Origin: Anaerovoracaceae bacterium
GTDB lineage: Bacteria; Bacillota; Clostridia; Christensenellales; Borkfalkiaceae
NCBI GenBank assembly: GCA_963599785.1
Contig: CAVBZJ010000001.1
Coordinates: 17,701 to 66,175 of the forward strand
Reading direction: 5' to 3'
Length of the DNA: 48,475 nt
The notes under the pieces are model-generated. The model was not told the DNA's origin, did no database searches, and saw nothing but the letters and a program-made list of their open reading frames with translations. Positions 8,523 to 20,000 of the stretch are shown here, piece after piece (position 1 is the stretch's first letter; each line of letters starts with the position of its first letter). Made by a program: the position numbers and the translations under genes.

Positions 8523-8563
8523 AAAAAAACGCGCGATACAGAGGTTCCCCCCATATCGCACGT
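8523..8563 (-). terminator. Intrinsic terminator ending the phosphorelay operon
   Basis: Minus strand reads ACGTGCGATA-tggggggaacctctg-TATCGCGCGT followed by TTTTTTT. It lies 60 nt downstream of the Hpt stop codon. Confidence 0.7.
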
Positions 8564-8621
8564 TATCGGCATTCTTATTGTTACAGCGACCGTTTTTAAT
8601 AAAAAATCACTGCGTTTACTT

Positions 8622-8969
8622 TTATTTTGCGGCGTTTATCGCGCGGATAATTTTATCGTATTCCGCTCTGACCTTTATAAATGCCGCGTCCGCGCCGTCA
8701 AAGCTTCCCGCGCGTAAAATTTCCGTAAGCTCCGAGGAAACGGAAGCAAGCGCGGTAAACCCGAGGTTCGCCGCAACCCCCTTTAAGGTATGCGCCGCGC
8801 GAAACGCTTCCGATACGTCTTTCTCGTTCATCGCGGAGCATAGTTCAAAAAACGTTTTATCCTCCGCAAACCTTAAAACAAAACGCTCGGTCATCCCTTC
8901 GCTCAATAATCTGTTCTTTACCGACTCGAAATTTTCGCCGATATTTTCGTAAAAATCACGCGTTTTCAT
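8622..8969 (-). CDS. Histidine phosphotransfer (Hpt) protein
   Basis: It is 115 aa and carries the Hpt signature AAHTLKGVAANLGF. It overlaps the hybrid kinase gene by 14 nt. Confidence 0.8.
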   Translation of the reverse strand: MKTRDFYENIGENFESVKNRLLSEGMTERFVLRFAEDKTFFELCSAMNEKDVSEAFRAAHTLKGVAANLGFTALASVSSELTEILRAGSFDGADAAFIKVRAEYDKIIRAINAAK

Positions 8970-11121
8970 CTTTGGCTACCAAGTACCCCCCCCCGTCGTT
9001 TTCTATTGCAAATACTATCGTTTTTACGAGTTTCTTGGCGTCTAACGGCTTCGTTACGCAACCGCTCATACCCGCACCCTTCATTCGCTCTTCGTCGTCG
9101 TAGAAGGCGTTTGCAGTCATTGCGATTATAGGAACGGTCGCCGCGTCCTCTCTGTCCATCGCGCGGATTTCTTCCGTCGCGGCAACTCCGTCCTTTACGG
9201 GCATCATAACGTCCATAAGCACCGCGTCGAAAAAGTGCGTCGGGCTGACCGAAAAAAGCACTATCGCTTCTTCGCCGTTTTTTGCGGAATACACCGCCGC
9301 CCCCGCGGTTTTAAGCATAAACTCCGCTATTTCAAGGTTAATCTCATTATCCTCCACGACGAGAACGTTATACCCCGCAAGCGGCTCTTCGGTATCTTCT
9401 ACTTTCGCGGCGGCGGGCGCGCTCGTCGCAAGCTTGAACGGTAGCGTTACGGTGAACGTCGTGCCGACGTCCTTTTCCGATTTTACGTTTATTTCGCCGT
9501 TCATTTTCTCGACCGCTCTTTTTACTATCGCAAGCCCCAAGCCCGTTCCGCCGTTTCTGTTGTCCGCGCTCAGAGCTTCCTGCTCGAACGGCTCGAACAT
9601 CTTCTTCTGAAAGCTTTCGCTCATTCCCACGCCCGTATCCGCGCAGGTTATTACCAAAGTAACGTTATCTTCTTCCCCGCATACTTCGCGCACGGTGAAA
9701 TCTACTCTGCCGTTCGGCTTGTTATATCTTATCGCGTTCACTATAAGGTTAGTGCAGACTCGTTTTAACAAAGTCGCCGCGCCGTACAGCTCGTCGTGAA
9801 CGACGTCCGTCGCCGAAGTAGTAAGGGTTACGCCGCGCTCGCCCGCCTGAAAGTTCATAACCGCGTTCAAATCGTTCACAAGCTCGCCGACCGAGAAGTT
9901 TTCGTTTTTGACGGGCAAATCCTTCGCGTCGAGCTTCGTCATATCCAGAACGTCGTTCACGAGGTCTAAAAGATACCCCGAAGCCTTCCAGATTTTATCC
10001 CGACATTCCTTTTGTCTTTCGGGGTCGTCCGCGTAATACTCGCCTATTTTTATCATTCCGCGAATACCGTTTATAGGCGTTCTGACGTCGTGGCTCATTC
10101 GGCGCAGAAAGTCGGTTTTAACCTCGTTCGCGCGGATAGCTTCGTTTGCGAGCCTGTCAAGTTCTTTTCTGTACTCCGCGTCCTTTTTGTTTTGTTCCGC
10201 AGTCCGCGTGCGCATAAATCTGTGTTGAAGCCCCGTCATCGCGGTAAGCGCGGCGAAATAGAACAACACTATATAAGCCGAAACGAGCGACCTGTTTGCA
10301 AAAACCGCTTCGTCGGACATATAAACGTATATAAAATAACCCTTGCATTTTTCTCTTATCGCGTAAACCTTTTCGCCGTCCGCCCGTTCGAGAACTCTGT
10401 ACTTTGCCGTCCTGCGAAGCTTCTGCACCACGGGGCAATCCTCCGCGGCGATTCCTATAAGGTTTTCGTCGTTTGCGGCTATGACGTACGTTCCGTCCGT
10501 CACCACGACTTTACCTTCTTTCTGGAAATTATAGCCTTCCAAAAGTGTTCTTACCGATAGCTGCGAGCTTTCTATGCTGCTTATTTCTCTGCGCACGAAC
10601 CCGAGGATAACGCCGCGAACGTCCGACCTTCCGACGACCGCGTAATCGTAACAGAAGCCCTGCTCGAATATTCGCTCGGTATACGTTTTATCAAGATTAT
10701 CCGCCGCCGAAGCAAAGACCTTTATTTCGGTAGCCCACTCTTCAAAATGCTCGCCCTCGGGAACGTAGCCGCCGTATTCCTTGTCTTCCGCATTCCACAA
10801 AACCACGCCCGTAAGCCGTTTTCTTTCCGCAATAGCGCGGAACAGATTTTCGTCGCCCATACACAGCATAAGCTCGTCGCGAAGCTCGCCCGTTTTGTCC
10901 GCAACGGCGATAAGGTCCTTCGCGCAGGTTTCGGCGACTAATTCGTCGTATCTTATGCACTGCTCTTTAACGTAGTCCGCGACGTCGGTCATAAGGGTAG
11001 CCGCCGAACGCTTATCCTCGCCCGTTGCCAGCACGAATATGAACACGCAGAGCATCGCCCCTACTATCGCTATTATAAAGCACAGCTTGGCGAGCGAAAT
11101 TTTTTTACTTTTCTTTGTCAT
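8956..11121 (-). CDS. Hybrid sensor histidine kinase: two TM helices flanking an extracytoplasmic sensor of about 250 aa, then HisKA, HATPase_c and REC domains
   Basis: The H-box is RMSHDVRTPINGI and the G-box is GGTGLGLAIVKRAV. The receiver region is VLVVEDNEINLEIA...VLMDVMMPVKDG...IIAMTANA. The TM segments are LCFIIAIVGAMLCVFIFVLA and AYIVLFYFAALTAMTGL. Confidence 0.9.
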   Translation of the reverse strand: MTKKSKKISLAKLCFIIAIVGAMLCVFIFVLATGEDKRSAATLMTDVADYVKEQCIRYDELVAETCAKDLIAVADKTGELRDELMLCMGDENLFRAIAERKRLTGVVLWNAEDKEYGGYVPEGEHFEEWATEIKVFASAADNLDKTYTERIFEQGFCYDYAVVGRSDVRGVILGFVRREISSIESSQLSVRTLLEGYNFQKEGKVVVTDGTYVIAANDENLIGIAAEDCPVVQKLRRTAKYRVLERADGEKVYAIREKCKGYFIYVYMSDEAVFANRSLVSAYIVLFYFAALTAMTGLQHRFMRTRTAEQNKKDAEYRKELDRLANEAIRANEVKTDFLRRMSHDVRTPINGIRGMIKIGEYYADDPERQKECRDKIWKASGYLLDLVNDVLDMTKLDAKDLPVKNENFSVGELVNDLNAVMNFQAGERGVTLTTSATDVVHDELYGAATLLKRVCTNLIVNAIRYNKPNGRVDFTVREVCGEEDNVTLVITCADTGVGMSESFQKKMFEPFEQEALSADNRNGGTGLGLAIVKRAVEKMNGEINVKSEKDVGTTFTVTLPFKLATSAPAAAKVEDTEEPLAGYNVLVVEDNEINLEIAEFMLKTAGAAVYSAKNGEEAIVLFSVSPTHFFDAVLMDVMMPVKDGVAATEEIRAMDREDAATVPIIAMTANAFYDDEERMKGAGMSGCVTKPLDAKKLVKTIVFAIENDGGGYLVAKDENA

Positions 11122-11930
11122 AAGCCCACCGCCGCGGTTTCGTAATCTATCCCGTATTTTTTGAGAATTTTTGCGGTAAACCCGTCGTTTTGCATCACTT
11201 TAAGCGCGTCGTTTATAAGCCTTGCAAGGTTTTCGCCCTCATCCTTTTTAAAAGCCGCGCCGAGATTTACCGCGATAAGGGTTTCGTCTAAAATCCTGTA
11301 TTCGCCCGTATTGTTTTTCATTCTTTCGCGAAGAGCCGTTTCGTGTCCCGCGACCGCGTCCGCATACCCGTTTTTGAGCGCGGCGAAAATATGCTCGAAA
11401 TCGGTGAAACAATATATATGCCCGAGCGGAGGAATCCGTTCGTCCTTACCCGAAGAGAACAGCTCGTCCGCCTTGGAGGTCGCCTGCACCGCCACCGATT
11501 TTCCCGCAAGATCGGAAAAAGTATATATTCCGCTGTTTTCTCTCACCGCAAGCACCTGACGGCTTTTCATATACGGTCCTGCCCACGCGTACAGATCTTC
11601 TCTGCCCGTCATAGAAAAACAGCCCCAAAGGCAATCGACGTCGCCTCTTTCAAGCATTTCGTCTTTTTTGCTCCATTCTATCTTGGTAAAAACAGCCTTT
11701 TTGCCTATCCTTTTACACGCTTCTTCGGCAAGCTCCACGTCTATTCCCGCAAACTCGCCGTCCTCGTCTCGATAAAAATACGGAGCGTATTCGTCGCTGC
11801 CGACGGAGACGGTTTCAAGCTCTTCGTCCTGCCTGTCGTCGCCGCCGTTTCCGCACGCCGAAAAAAAGGGAACGGCAAACGCCGCGGCTAACACCGCCGC
11901 AACGGCTTTAAGAAATTTTCTTTTCTTCAT
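11118..11930 (-). CDS. Lipoprotein, family-3 (amino-acid type) solute-binding protein. It is probably the ligand-sensing partner of the kinase.
   Basis: The lipobox is PFFSACGNG. The 270-aa length is typical of periplasmic-binding-protein folds. Its stop overlaps the kinase start (ATGA, 11118-11121). Confidence 0.7.
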   Translation of the reverse strand: MKKRKFLKAVAAVLAAAFAVPFFSACGNGGDDRQDEELETVSVGSDEYAPYFYRDEDGEFAGIDVELAEEACKRIGKKAVFTKIEWSKKDEMLERGDVDCLWGCFSMTGREDLYAWAGPYMKSRQVLAVRENSGIYTFSDLAGKSVAVQATSKADELFSSGKDERIPPLGHIYCFTDFEHIFAALKNGYADAVAGHETALRERMKNNTGEYRILDETLIAVNLGAAFKKDEGENLARLINDALKVMQNDGFTAKILKKYGIDYETAAVGL

Positions 11931-11950
11931 CTTCGGTTTTGCACGCTCCT

Positions 11951-13882
11951 TTATAAATTTTTCAGCTCGTCCGAAGCTTCGTTAAGACATTCGATAAGTA
12001 TCGGATTGAACGCGCCGCACTCGCCGCCGACTATCATTTCTATCGCCTTTTCGTGCGGGAACGCCTTTTTATACACCCGTTCGGAAACGAGCGCGTCGTA
12101 CACGTCGCCTATCCCCACCACCTGCGCGGCTATGGGAATTTCGTCGCCTTTAAGCCCGTCGGGATAACCTTTTCCGTCGTACCTTTCGTGATGCCAGCGG
12201 CAAATTTCGTAAGCGTAACGCATCAGCGGTTTTTTACGGTAATCGCCGCGGGAATTCCCCACGCTTTCTATGATTTTCGCGCCGTAAACGGTGTGCTTTT
12301 TCATCTCTTCGTACTCTTCTTCGGTGAGCTTTGCGGGCTTGTTCACAATCTCTTCCTTCACCGCAAACTTACCCACGTCGTGGAGCGCGGAAGCGGTGCT
12401 TATAAGAAATATATCCCTGCCGTGCAGTCCGTAAGACTGCGTTTTGGTAACGAGCTTTTCTAAAAGCAACTCGGTGATTTTGCCTATGTTTTTGACGTGG
12501 TTGCCGCCGAAGCCGTTACGGAACTCGACGAGCTCGCCGAAAATATCTATAAGAGTGTTCGCCGCCTTTTCCTTTTCGGTCATTTCCCGCGTGACGGCGG
12601 AAATAAGCCGTTTATGCTCTTCGTAAACGGTAACGGTATTTTTAACCCTTCTGTAAACGACCTTCGCGTCGAACGGGCGGTTGATATAATCGGAAACGCC
12701 CGCTTCGTAAGCCCTTCGCACGGTATCTTCCGTCTCGTCGCCCGAAATGGCGATGACGGGTATTTCTTCGAGGAGGTGATTGAAGGTCATAAATTCCAAC
12801 ACGTCGAAGCCGCTTATTTTCGGCATAATTATATCGAGAAGGACGGCGGAAATTTCCGCGCCGTATTTTTTCAGCGCTTCTATACACTCCTCGCCCGAAG
12901 CGGCTTCCCGTATTTCGTATTCGCCTTTCAGCATTTCGGAAAGAATCTCTCTGTTGAACGCAGAGTCGTCCACGATGAGAAGAAGCGGTTTTTTGGTCGC
13001 CTCTTCCGGAAGCTCTTTCACGCTGTCGCCGACGAGCAGGTCTTTTTTACGCTTTGCCCTGTACATAAATTCGTCCGCGCGCTTAACAAGCTCTTCCGCG
13101 CGTTCGCCGTTGCCCCACGCCGCGCCCGCGCTGACCGATATGTTAATCGTCTCGAAGTCCTTAACGTCTATTTCGCGCATTTCGCGAACTATTTCCTGCA
13201 TTTCCGCGTTGAAAGCTTCTTGGGAAGCGCGGCGAAGAATTATAAGGAACTCGTCTCCGCCGTACCTTATTATATAATCGTTCGCTTTGACGTGTTTTTT
13301 AAGCGCGCTTGCGGCGGCGGAAAGAACCGCGTCTCCCGCAGAATGCCCGAACAGGTCGTTATATATCTTAAAATCGTCGAGGTCTATCATCGCAACGCCC
13401 GCGTCCAGAGGGTAACGGCGGAGCTTTTCCTCGTAATAACGACGGTTAAACGCGCCCGTAAGCACGTCGATGTACGTTTTCTCGTAATAATCGCCGAGTC
13501 CCTTGACCGCGTTGCCGCCGCCGAAATCTACGAGAAGATTCCCGTCGAATTTCTTGACTTTTTCCATAACGCAAGGCTTGCCGTCTATCTCCATAAAGGT
13601 CGCCACGGCAAGGTACGCGTCTTTGCCCGAAAATTCAAGCTTCGCCCTTTGCGTTTTCTCCGCGAAAGCCATTATGGAAACGCAGTTCGCGCACACGAAC
13701 CCGTCGTTCGTAAAAAACGAACAACCGAGCTTTTCCAGACCGAACCGCTCCGTTCTCGCATGCCTTACGTCCGAAATATCCTTTTCGGAAAGCACTCTCG
13801 AAACGTACCCGTGTTCGCTGCAAAACCGTATTTCCTCTTCCGCTTCCTTCGCGGTCATTCTTTTATATTCTTTCTCGCTCAC
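11951..13882 (-). CDS. GGDEF diguanylate cyclase, REC receiver and HD-GYP phosphodiesterase fused in one protein
   Basis: The GGDEF motif is IIRYGGDEFLIIL, and KAND replaces the RxxD I-site. The REC region is LLLIVDDSAFNREILS...LLDIIMPKISG. The HD-GYP motifs are HDVGK and HHERYDGKGYP. The GTG start at 13882 follows AAAGGAGAGG. Confidence 0.9.
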   Translation of the reverse strand: MSEKEYKRMTAKEAEEEIRFCSEHGYVSRVLSEKDISDVRHARTERFGLEKLGCSFFTNDGFVCANCVSIMAFAEKTQRAKLEFSGKDAYLAVATFMEIDGKPCVMEKVKKFDGNLLVDFGGGNAVKGLGDYYEKTYIDVLTGAFNRRYYEEKLRRYPLDAGVAMIDLDDFKIYNDLFGHSAGDAVLSAAASALKKHVKANDYIIRYGGDEFLIILRRASQEAFNAEMQEIVREMREIDVKDFETINISVSAGAAWGNGERAEELVKRADEFMYRAKRKKDLLVGDSVKELPEEATKKPLLLIVDDSAFNREILSEMLKGEYEIREAASGEECIEALKKYGAEISAVLLDIIMPKISGFDVLEFMTFNHLLEEIPVIAISGDETEDTVRRAYEAGVSDYINRPFDAKVVYRRVKNTVTVYEEHKRLISAVTREMTEKEKAANTLIDIFGELVEFRNGFGGNHVKNIGKITELLLEKLVTKTQSYGLHGRDIFLISTASALHDVGKFAVKEEIVNKPAKLTEEEYEEMKKHTVYGAKIIESVGNSRGDYRKKPLMRYAYEICRWHHERYDGKGYPDGLKGDEIPIAAQVVGIGDVYDALVSERVYKKAFPHEKAIEMIVGGECGAFNPILIECLNEASDELKNL

Positions 13883-13929
13883 AAAAGCCTCTCCTTTTCA
13901 GCGAACCGCCTTATTCGTTATTCTTTTTC

Positions 13930-13958
13930 AGTATAACATTCGCAAGCGATTTTTGCAA
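13930..13958 (-). promoter_or_regulatory. Sigma-A type promoter of the phosphorelay operon
   Basis: Minus strand reads TTGCAA (13958-13953), a 17-nt spacer, then TATACT (13935-13930). Confidence 0.5.
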
Positions 13959-13977
13959 ATTTTATTCGCTTTTCAGA

Positions 13978-14016
13978 TAAAAAAACGGCGAAAGTCCTTA
14001 AACCTTTGCCGTTTTT
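13978..14016 (-). terminator. Intrinsic terminator ending the SipW/TasA-like/giant protein operon
   Basis: Minus strand reads ACGGCAAAGG-tttaagga-CTTTCGCCGT followed by TTTTTTT. It starts 8 nt after the stop of the 1993-aa gene. Confidence 0.65.
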
Positions 14017-14023
14017 CGGTTTT

Positions 14024-17000
14024 TTATTCTATTACGAACGAATAGAGAGTGTGTCCGTGCGCGGGCTGCTGCGCGTTTTTCACCTCTACGAGAGAAACGG
14101 TATACCCCGAAAGATCGTAGGTATAAGCGTTTTCGCCCGCCTGCGCAAAGAAATACGCCGCCGTGGTGGTCCGCACCGTCTCGGTAATTCCGAACGAGGA
14201 AAAGTCCGCTTCTCCTATCGCCCCGCCCGCGGTCGGCTCTATCTTCCATATATAAACGTCTCCGCCCCGTCTTCTGTCAACGAGACCGTCTTTCAGCCCC
14301 GAGTGAGAAACGGCGAGCGTTCCCGTGCCGTTTTTCTTCACCGTATAAATATCCGCTTTATAAAGAGTGAAATCCTTTTGCGGCGCGGCGTAGCTTTCGA
14401 GCGGCTTATCCGCCGCGTCGGTTTTTTCCGCCGCCGAGCCGTAGTTCTTTTTATCGAACGCGAATTTATAAGCGTTCACAGAAACGCTCGCTTTAAGACC
14501 GCTTTCCGTTATCCCGAACCCGTCCGTGTTTATCGGAAGAGTTACGACGAGAATAAATTCCTCCGCCGTCGCGCCCGCACGCACCTCGTCCGTGATCGCG
14601 CTTCCGTCTTTTAACGAGGCAAAGGCGGAAATCGGAATTTCCGAAGTCTTTTCCGAAAGAACGTACCCGCCCGACCAGACCGTGACCGAATTTTTACGGT
14701 AAAAAAGTCTTAAAGAGGTGTTTTCGGGGAGCTTTATTTCTCCGAAATCGAAGGTAATCGCGCCCGTTTCGTCGTTTTCGCCGTAGTTCACGTTGTAAAC
14801 CGCGGTAAACTCTCCGTCCGAATACAGCTCGGTTTCCTCGTGCCGCACCGCGTCGCCCGTGTAAAATTCCAAGGAATCCGCGTATACGACGAGGTATATA
14901 TACCCCGAATCGTACGCGCCGAGTGATTCCGCGGAAATTTCGTAAGAATATTTTTCCGCGCCGTCCGTAAATTCCGCGGTTATATCCGCGTACGTTCCGT
15001 CCGAAAGTCTTACGAACGCGTTAAACCTCGGCTCGCCTTTCCAACTATCCGAAACGCTTATAGAAAATCCGAACCCGTTCTTATCGTCCGCGGGAACTAT
15101 ATAGCCGTCTTGAAGAGAGGTCGCGGGGAAAGAGGATTTAACCTCCGCTCCCTCCGGAGCTTCCACCGAAACGTTATACGTCCAGCGCGCGTAGAAACGA
15201 AGCGAGCCGTTGACTATCGCCGAAGAATCTTCTTTCAGCTCCTCGAAAGACTTGCCGTAAGCCGCCAGCTCGGTCGCGCTTAAAACCTGATAAAAGCCCA
15301 CGAAATCGAAGCCGTACCGAGAAGCCGCAACCGATTTTATCCACTCGTTCAGCCCTTCTATATCGAGAGAAGCGTAAGTCGCGTCCGCGGGAACTATCGT
15401 TTTGAAAAAGTCGTACGAGCCGAAGTTCGTCAAAAACACGAGCGAATAGGTTTTCGCGTAGGTAACGCATATGGTAACGCCGTCGCCGTTTATTTCGGTA
15501 ACGAGCTTTTCGGGCAGAACGAAGTCGTAAGAATAGCTCAAATACGCGTTCGCTTTTGCGGAAATAACGTATTTAACCCCTTTATAAACCGCTTCCACGG
15601 TATCGTCCTTCCACGTTCCGTTCACCGTCGTTTCGCCTATTTTAAGGCTCAGCGCGGGTTTTAGCCCGTACCCCGGTTGTGCGGAGGAAGTAAACCCGAA
15701 AGAGCTGTCCTCTATCATTTTTCTGTCCGAAGAAACGTCCGCGCCCGAAAGCTCGAAGTCGAAACGCGTTTCGTCCTTAACTTCAAGCACTACGGTATCC
15801 GAAACGTTTTTGCCGAGGACGGTGCAGGTAACGACGTAATCGTTATAACTCGAAAGCACTACCGTACCGTTCGTCGCAACGTTCGTGCCGCTGTAACTCG
15901 TTTCTACTATATAAGAACGCTTCGTCTGATATTTGTACTCTATTTTTTCGGAAAATCTGACCGTATCGCCCTTGACGTAAACGTAATGCCGATAGCCGTC
16001 CTCCGCAATGTAAGAATATATCGGCGGCGTTCCCTCGTCGGGGGTTATCGTAAGACTCGTTATTTCGTTCGGAACGAATTCCGCTATAACGCCGTGGGTT
16101 ATTCCGCCGTATATGAATTCCATAACGATTATTGTCGGCTCTTTAAGGGTTGCGGTGCTTTGTATGCGGCAAACGTTCTGAACCCCGTCCGTTCCCTCTG
16201 CCGTTATCGTCGCCCTGCCGTTAAAGGTGGAAATCTGCGCTACCGAAGAAGGCTTTGCCGCGATAATCGCAAGCGCGCGTTCCGAATCGCTCATCGAGGA
16301 ATCCGCCGCGAGCGAAACGTCGTACAACACGGCTTTCACGGGGAAATAGTTCATTCCCTGAGGAAGCACTCTTATAAAATCGACGGTTTTTTCGTTGCCC
16401 GCTTCGTGACGGAAATAAACGTAATTCGCGCTCGTTCCCTTATGAACGACGGCGTAACCGTCGGTGTTCTCCGAGGTAAGCTCCTTGCCGTCCTCGCCCG
16501 TCACTTTAAGAGAGAAATTTTGCGCGGCGGGATTTTCCACCGTCACGGGATAAGAGCAAAGCCTGTATTCCTTTCCGCCGACTGTCGCATATACGCTTAT
16601 ATAAGCCACTCCCGCGGAAACGCCCGTCACCTTAACGCCGTTTGCGTCCGTCGTCACCGAAGCGATTTTTTCGTCGCTGCTTTTTACCGAAATAATCGAG
16701 TCCGCGCTCGTGATTTCGGGATACGCGGTAAAGCTTTCGCCCTTCGATATGCTTTTCGCGTTCTCGCCGTAAGAAACGAGATGTAAAGCCGCGCCGCTCG
16801 TAAGTCCCGAATAGTTAGAAGCGTTTCTGTAAACGAGATCCGTTCCCGCATTCTCCGAAACGTCGTAATTTTCGGTCATAGAAATATTGCCGTTCGGCTT
16901 ACCAGATGGCGGGTGACCTATACCGCCCGTCCACGAGCCTTTTCCGCCCGAAGCGTGAACGGTTGCGTCCGAAACGTTCTTCCTGACCGTCCATCCTTCC

Positions 17001-20000
17001 TTCGCCCAAGCGAACACGCCAGCCGCGCTCGCCTCTTCGTTGACGGATACCGAGCGCACGTCCGTACTTATCGCGGCGCAGCCCTCCACCGTCGCGCGCT
17101 GAACGAGTCCCGCAACTCCGCCCGCATACGTTTTTCCCGAAACGCTGCTTGCCGTCACGCTCGAATTCGTGACCGTGCTGTTTTGCAGATACCCCGTAGA
17201 AGCCCACCAGATACCCGCGACTATTCCCGCCGCATAGGTAGCCATTTTGTCCTCGCCGATCGATTCAACAATACAATCCTTAACGGAGATATTTTTAATA
17301 TACGCCGAGCCGTTTTTACCGGAGACGCTCGGATTTGCGAAAACGCCCGTCGCCCCGCCGACGTATATGTCGTATCTTATATCGCCCGTCTGCGCGTTGC
17401 TGTAAGCCTTTCCCGCAACGTGCATATCCGAAACGCTTCCGCCGCCGAGAAGGGTTTTCGTCTGCGTTCTCCATCTCCAAATCGCGCCGATAAGCCCGCC
17501 CACGCTCGCCGTATCGGGATTATTTGCGGACTCGAAATAAACTACGCTTTTCGTTTCGGAATTTCCCGAAACGTTCAAAGACGTACATTGCACGTCTATG
17601 GTAAGTCCTATCGCGCCGCCGACGTAGCCCTCACATTTGAGGTCGTTGTTGTCTCCCGAAGGAAATCCGCCGTTCTGCACGCCGTATACGAAAAATTCGG
17701 AATCGCCCGAAAGATTGTTCTTTTTATTCCATTCGACGGTAAGCCCGCTTATTTCGTTAAGTCCCGCCGCAAAGCCTATCGCGCCGCCCGCGCAAACATT
17801 GTTTCCGCCTATGCCCCGCCCTCTGTCGTCTATCGAATCGAAGGAGTAGCACGCCGCTTCTACGAGCGACTGCGAGGAATAGGTTACTTTAAGGTCTTTT
17901 ATCTTCCCCGCGAAGGTCTCGTTAAAGCTGCGCACGTTCTGCAAGAGTCCCGTATAGCTTATCGCCATACCCGCGTACCCGCCCGCGCAGATTTCGCCGA
18001 TAGCCGTAGAACCGACCTCTCTGTACGCGCGGATTTCGCCATTTTTAACCGAAAATTCCACGTTGTTCACTTCGTAACCGCAAGGCAGGACGGAAGTATA
18101 CCCGCCCGCGCAAACGGAATACGGCACGCCGACCGCAGTAGTTCCCGAACTCTTTTTCGCCGCCGAGGAAGAAGCCGACTGCACCGCCGTGACCGAAAAA
18201 TCGTATTCGTGAGCGGTTATGTGGAATTTCACCGTTTCCTTGCCGTCCGTCGTAAGCATAAAGCAGTTATATCCGAACACGCCGCCCGCGTACGCAGGAC
18301 CTACGCCGTTCTGCACTGCGGAAATATCCGCGGAACACTCGAAAATATATCTTCCGCGCTCGTCCGAAAGGTTTTCTTCGTTAAAGCCGTGAGTTATATA
18401 TTTAATGCCGTCGGTATAAACGTAGCCTATCGCGCCGCCCGCGAACACCGAACCCGAGCTTAACCCGTCCTGCGACTGCGCGCGTATGCGTATTCCGCCC
18501 GACTCCTCGTCTCTGTCCGCGCTTTTCGCAAAGCGTATGCCGGCGACGGAAATTCCGACAGAGCTGTCGGAAAGATTGCTTTGGCGGTAAATCGTGCCGC
18601 AGAACCCGCCCGAAACCGCGGAAGCCGAATAAACGTCGAGCTTTTCGGGGTCTATATCCGCTTTTTCTTCGGAAGCGTCGTTCGCTATAACCGACTGAAC
18701 GTTATATTCGCCCTGAACCACTATATCCACGTCGCGGATAAAAATCGACCTTACCTCCGAAAACTCGGGAAGAGGCGATTCTCTCACGACCACTACCCCC
18801 GCGAATCCGCCCGAAACCGCAGAACCCGCAATATCTCCGAGAGAGTTCGCAAGCACCATGGCCGCTTCGCCCTCGATGACTACTCCGTCCGCATAAGCGT
18901 TCTGCAAAACCCCGCAGAAGCACCCCGCGTATACCGAAGCCTTTTCTCCGTAAGTAACGCCCGAAACGTTGTTATGCTCGCCGTCGTAAACGGCGTCGCA
19001 CCACTTTTCCACGTCCGAGGAGCATACGCCGAAAACGCCGCCTATATAAAGCGACGCGTTCTGCACTCTCGCGGAAACCGAAACCTGCGACTCTATGCCG
19101 TCGAATACTATGTTTTTGCCCGCAGTACCCGCAAGCCCGCCCGCGTTTATACGCGTTTTATCGGTTACTGCTGTATCCGTCGCCATAGTGTTTACGGCTA
19201 TATACCCCTGCACCATAGCGTTTCTTACGAGGCACGGCTTGTCGTCCGCGCCGTAAATCATAGAGAAAAAGCCGTAGTCCGCGATATAAATATCTTCTTC
19301 GCCGACGAAGTTAAACTCTTCGTAAGCGTGAGCGGTTCTCGTTATACCGATAGTCGCCGCATACCCCGCGAAGTCGAAACAGCCCTGAAAAGGCACTCCG
19401 CCCGAAGAGCGCGTACCCAGCCCGTAAAACTCCGAATTATTGATAAAAACGTTGGTCGTAAGCCTGAAATATCCGTAACGGAGCGATTCTATATCGCCGT
19501 TTTCCGCGCCGAATCTGCCGAAATCGGAAGCCGTACCCACGCCGCGCAGAATCCTTGCAAGCGCAAGCACGTCCGCTTCCTTGGAAATAAGGTACGGATT
19601 GCCGAAATAACTGCCTTTATCCTCCGCGTAAGGCTCGGTCGTCTCCACTTCTATGCTTATCTCGCCCGAAGCGGGAACGGTAAAATTTCTTATCACGGGA
19701 ACTTCCGAAGTCGTTGCGTTCGTACCGCCTTCGCCGCTTATCGTCATCGACTTGAAAAGCTTTTTTTCGTTCACAACGGTGACGGTGATTTTTCCGTTCG
19801 CGGGAACGACGTAGCTTCCGTCCTCGTTTTTCTTAACGCCGTCGCCGCCGACGTACACTTCCGTCTCCGCGCCCGTCGGAACTATTACGGAAACAGTCGC
19901 GGAATAGCTCGTGCGGGTGGAAAATAATATGGCAAAAAACGCGCACGCCACGCACGCGCAGACGAGTATTTTCAGAATTCTCGATTTTAATTTAGATTCT

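Noticed and set aside
12497-13936. A 479-aa plus-strand ORF, with similar long plus-strand ORFs at 15677..16786, 16913..18463, 18581..19927, 27390..28229, 29809..30786, 36032..36874 and 39539..40366
   Set aside because: All lie antisense to minus-strand genes with clear domain content. Their translations are Arg/Phe/Val-rich and low in complexity, with no motifs and no RBS. They are shadow ORFs produced by the codon bias of the real genes.
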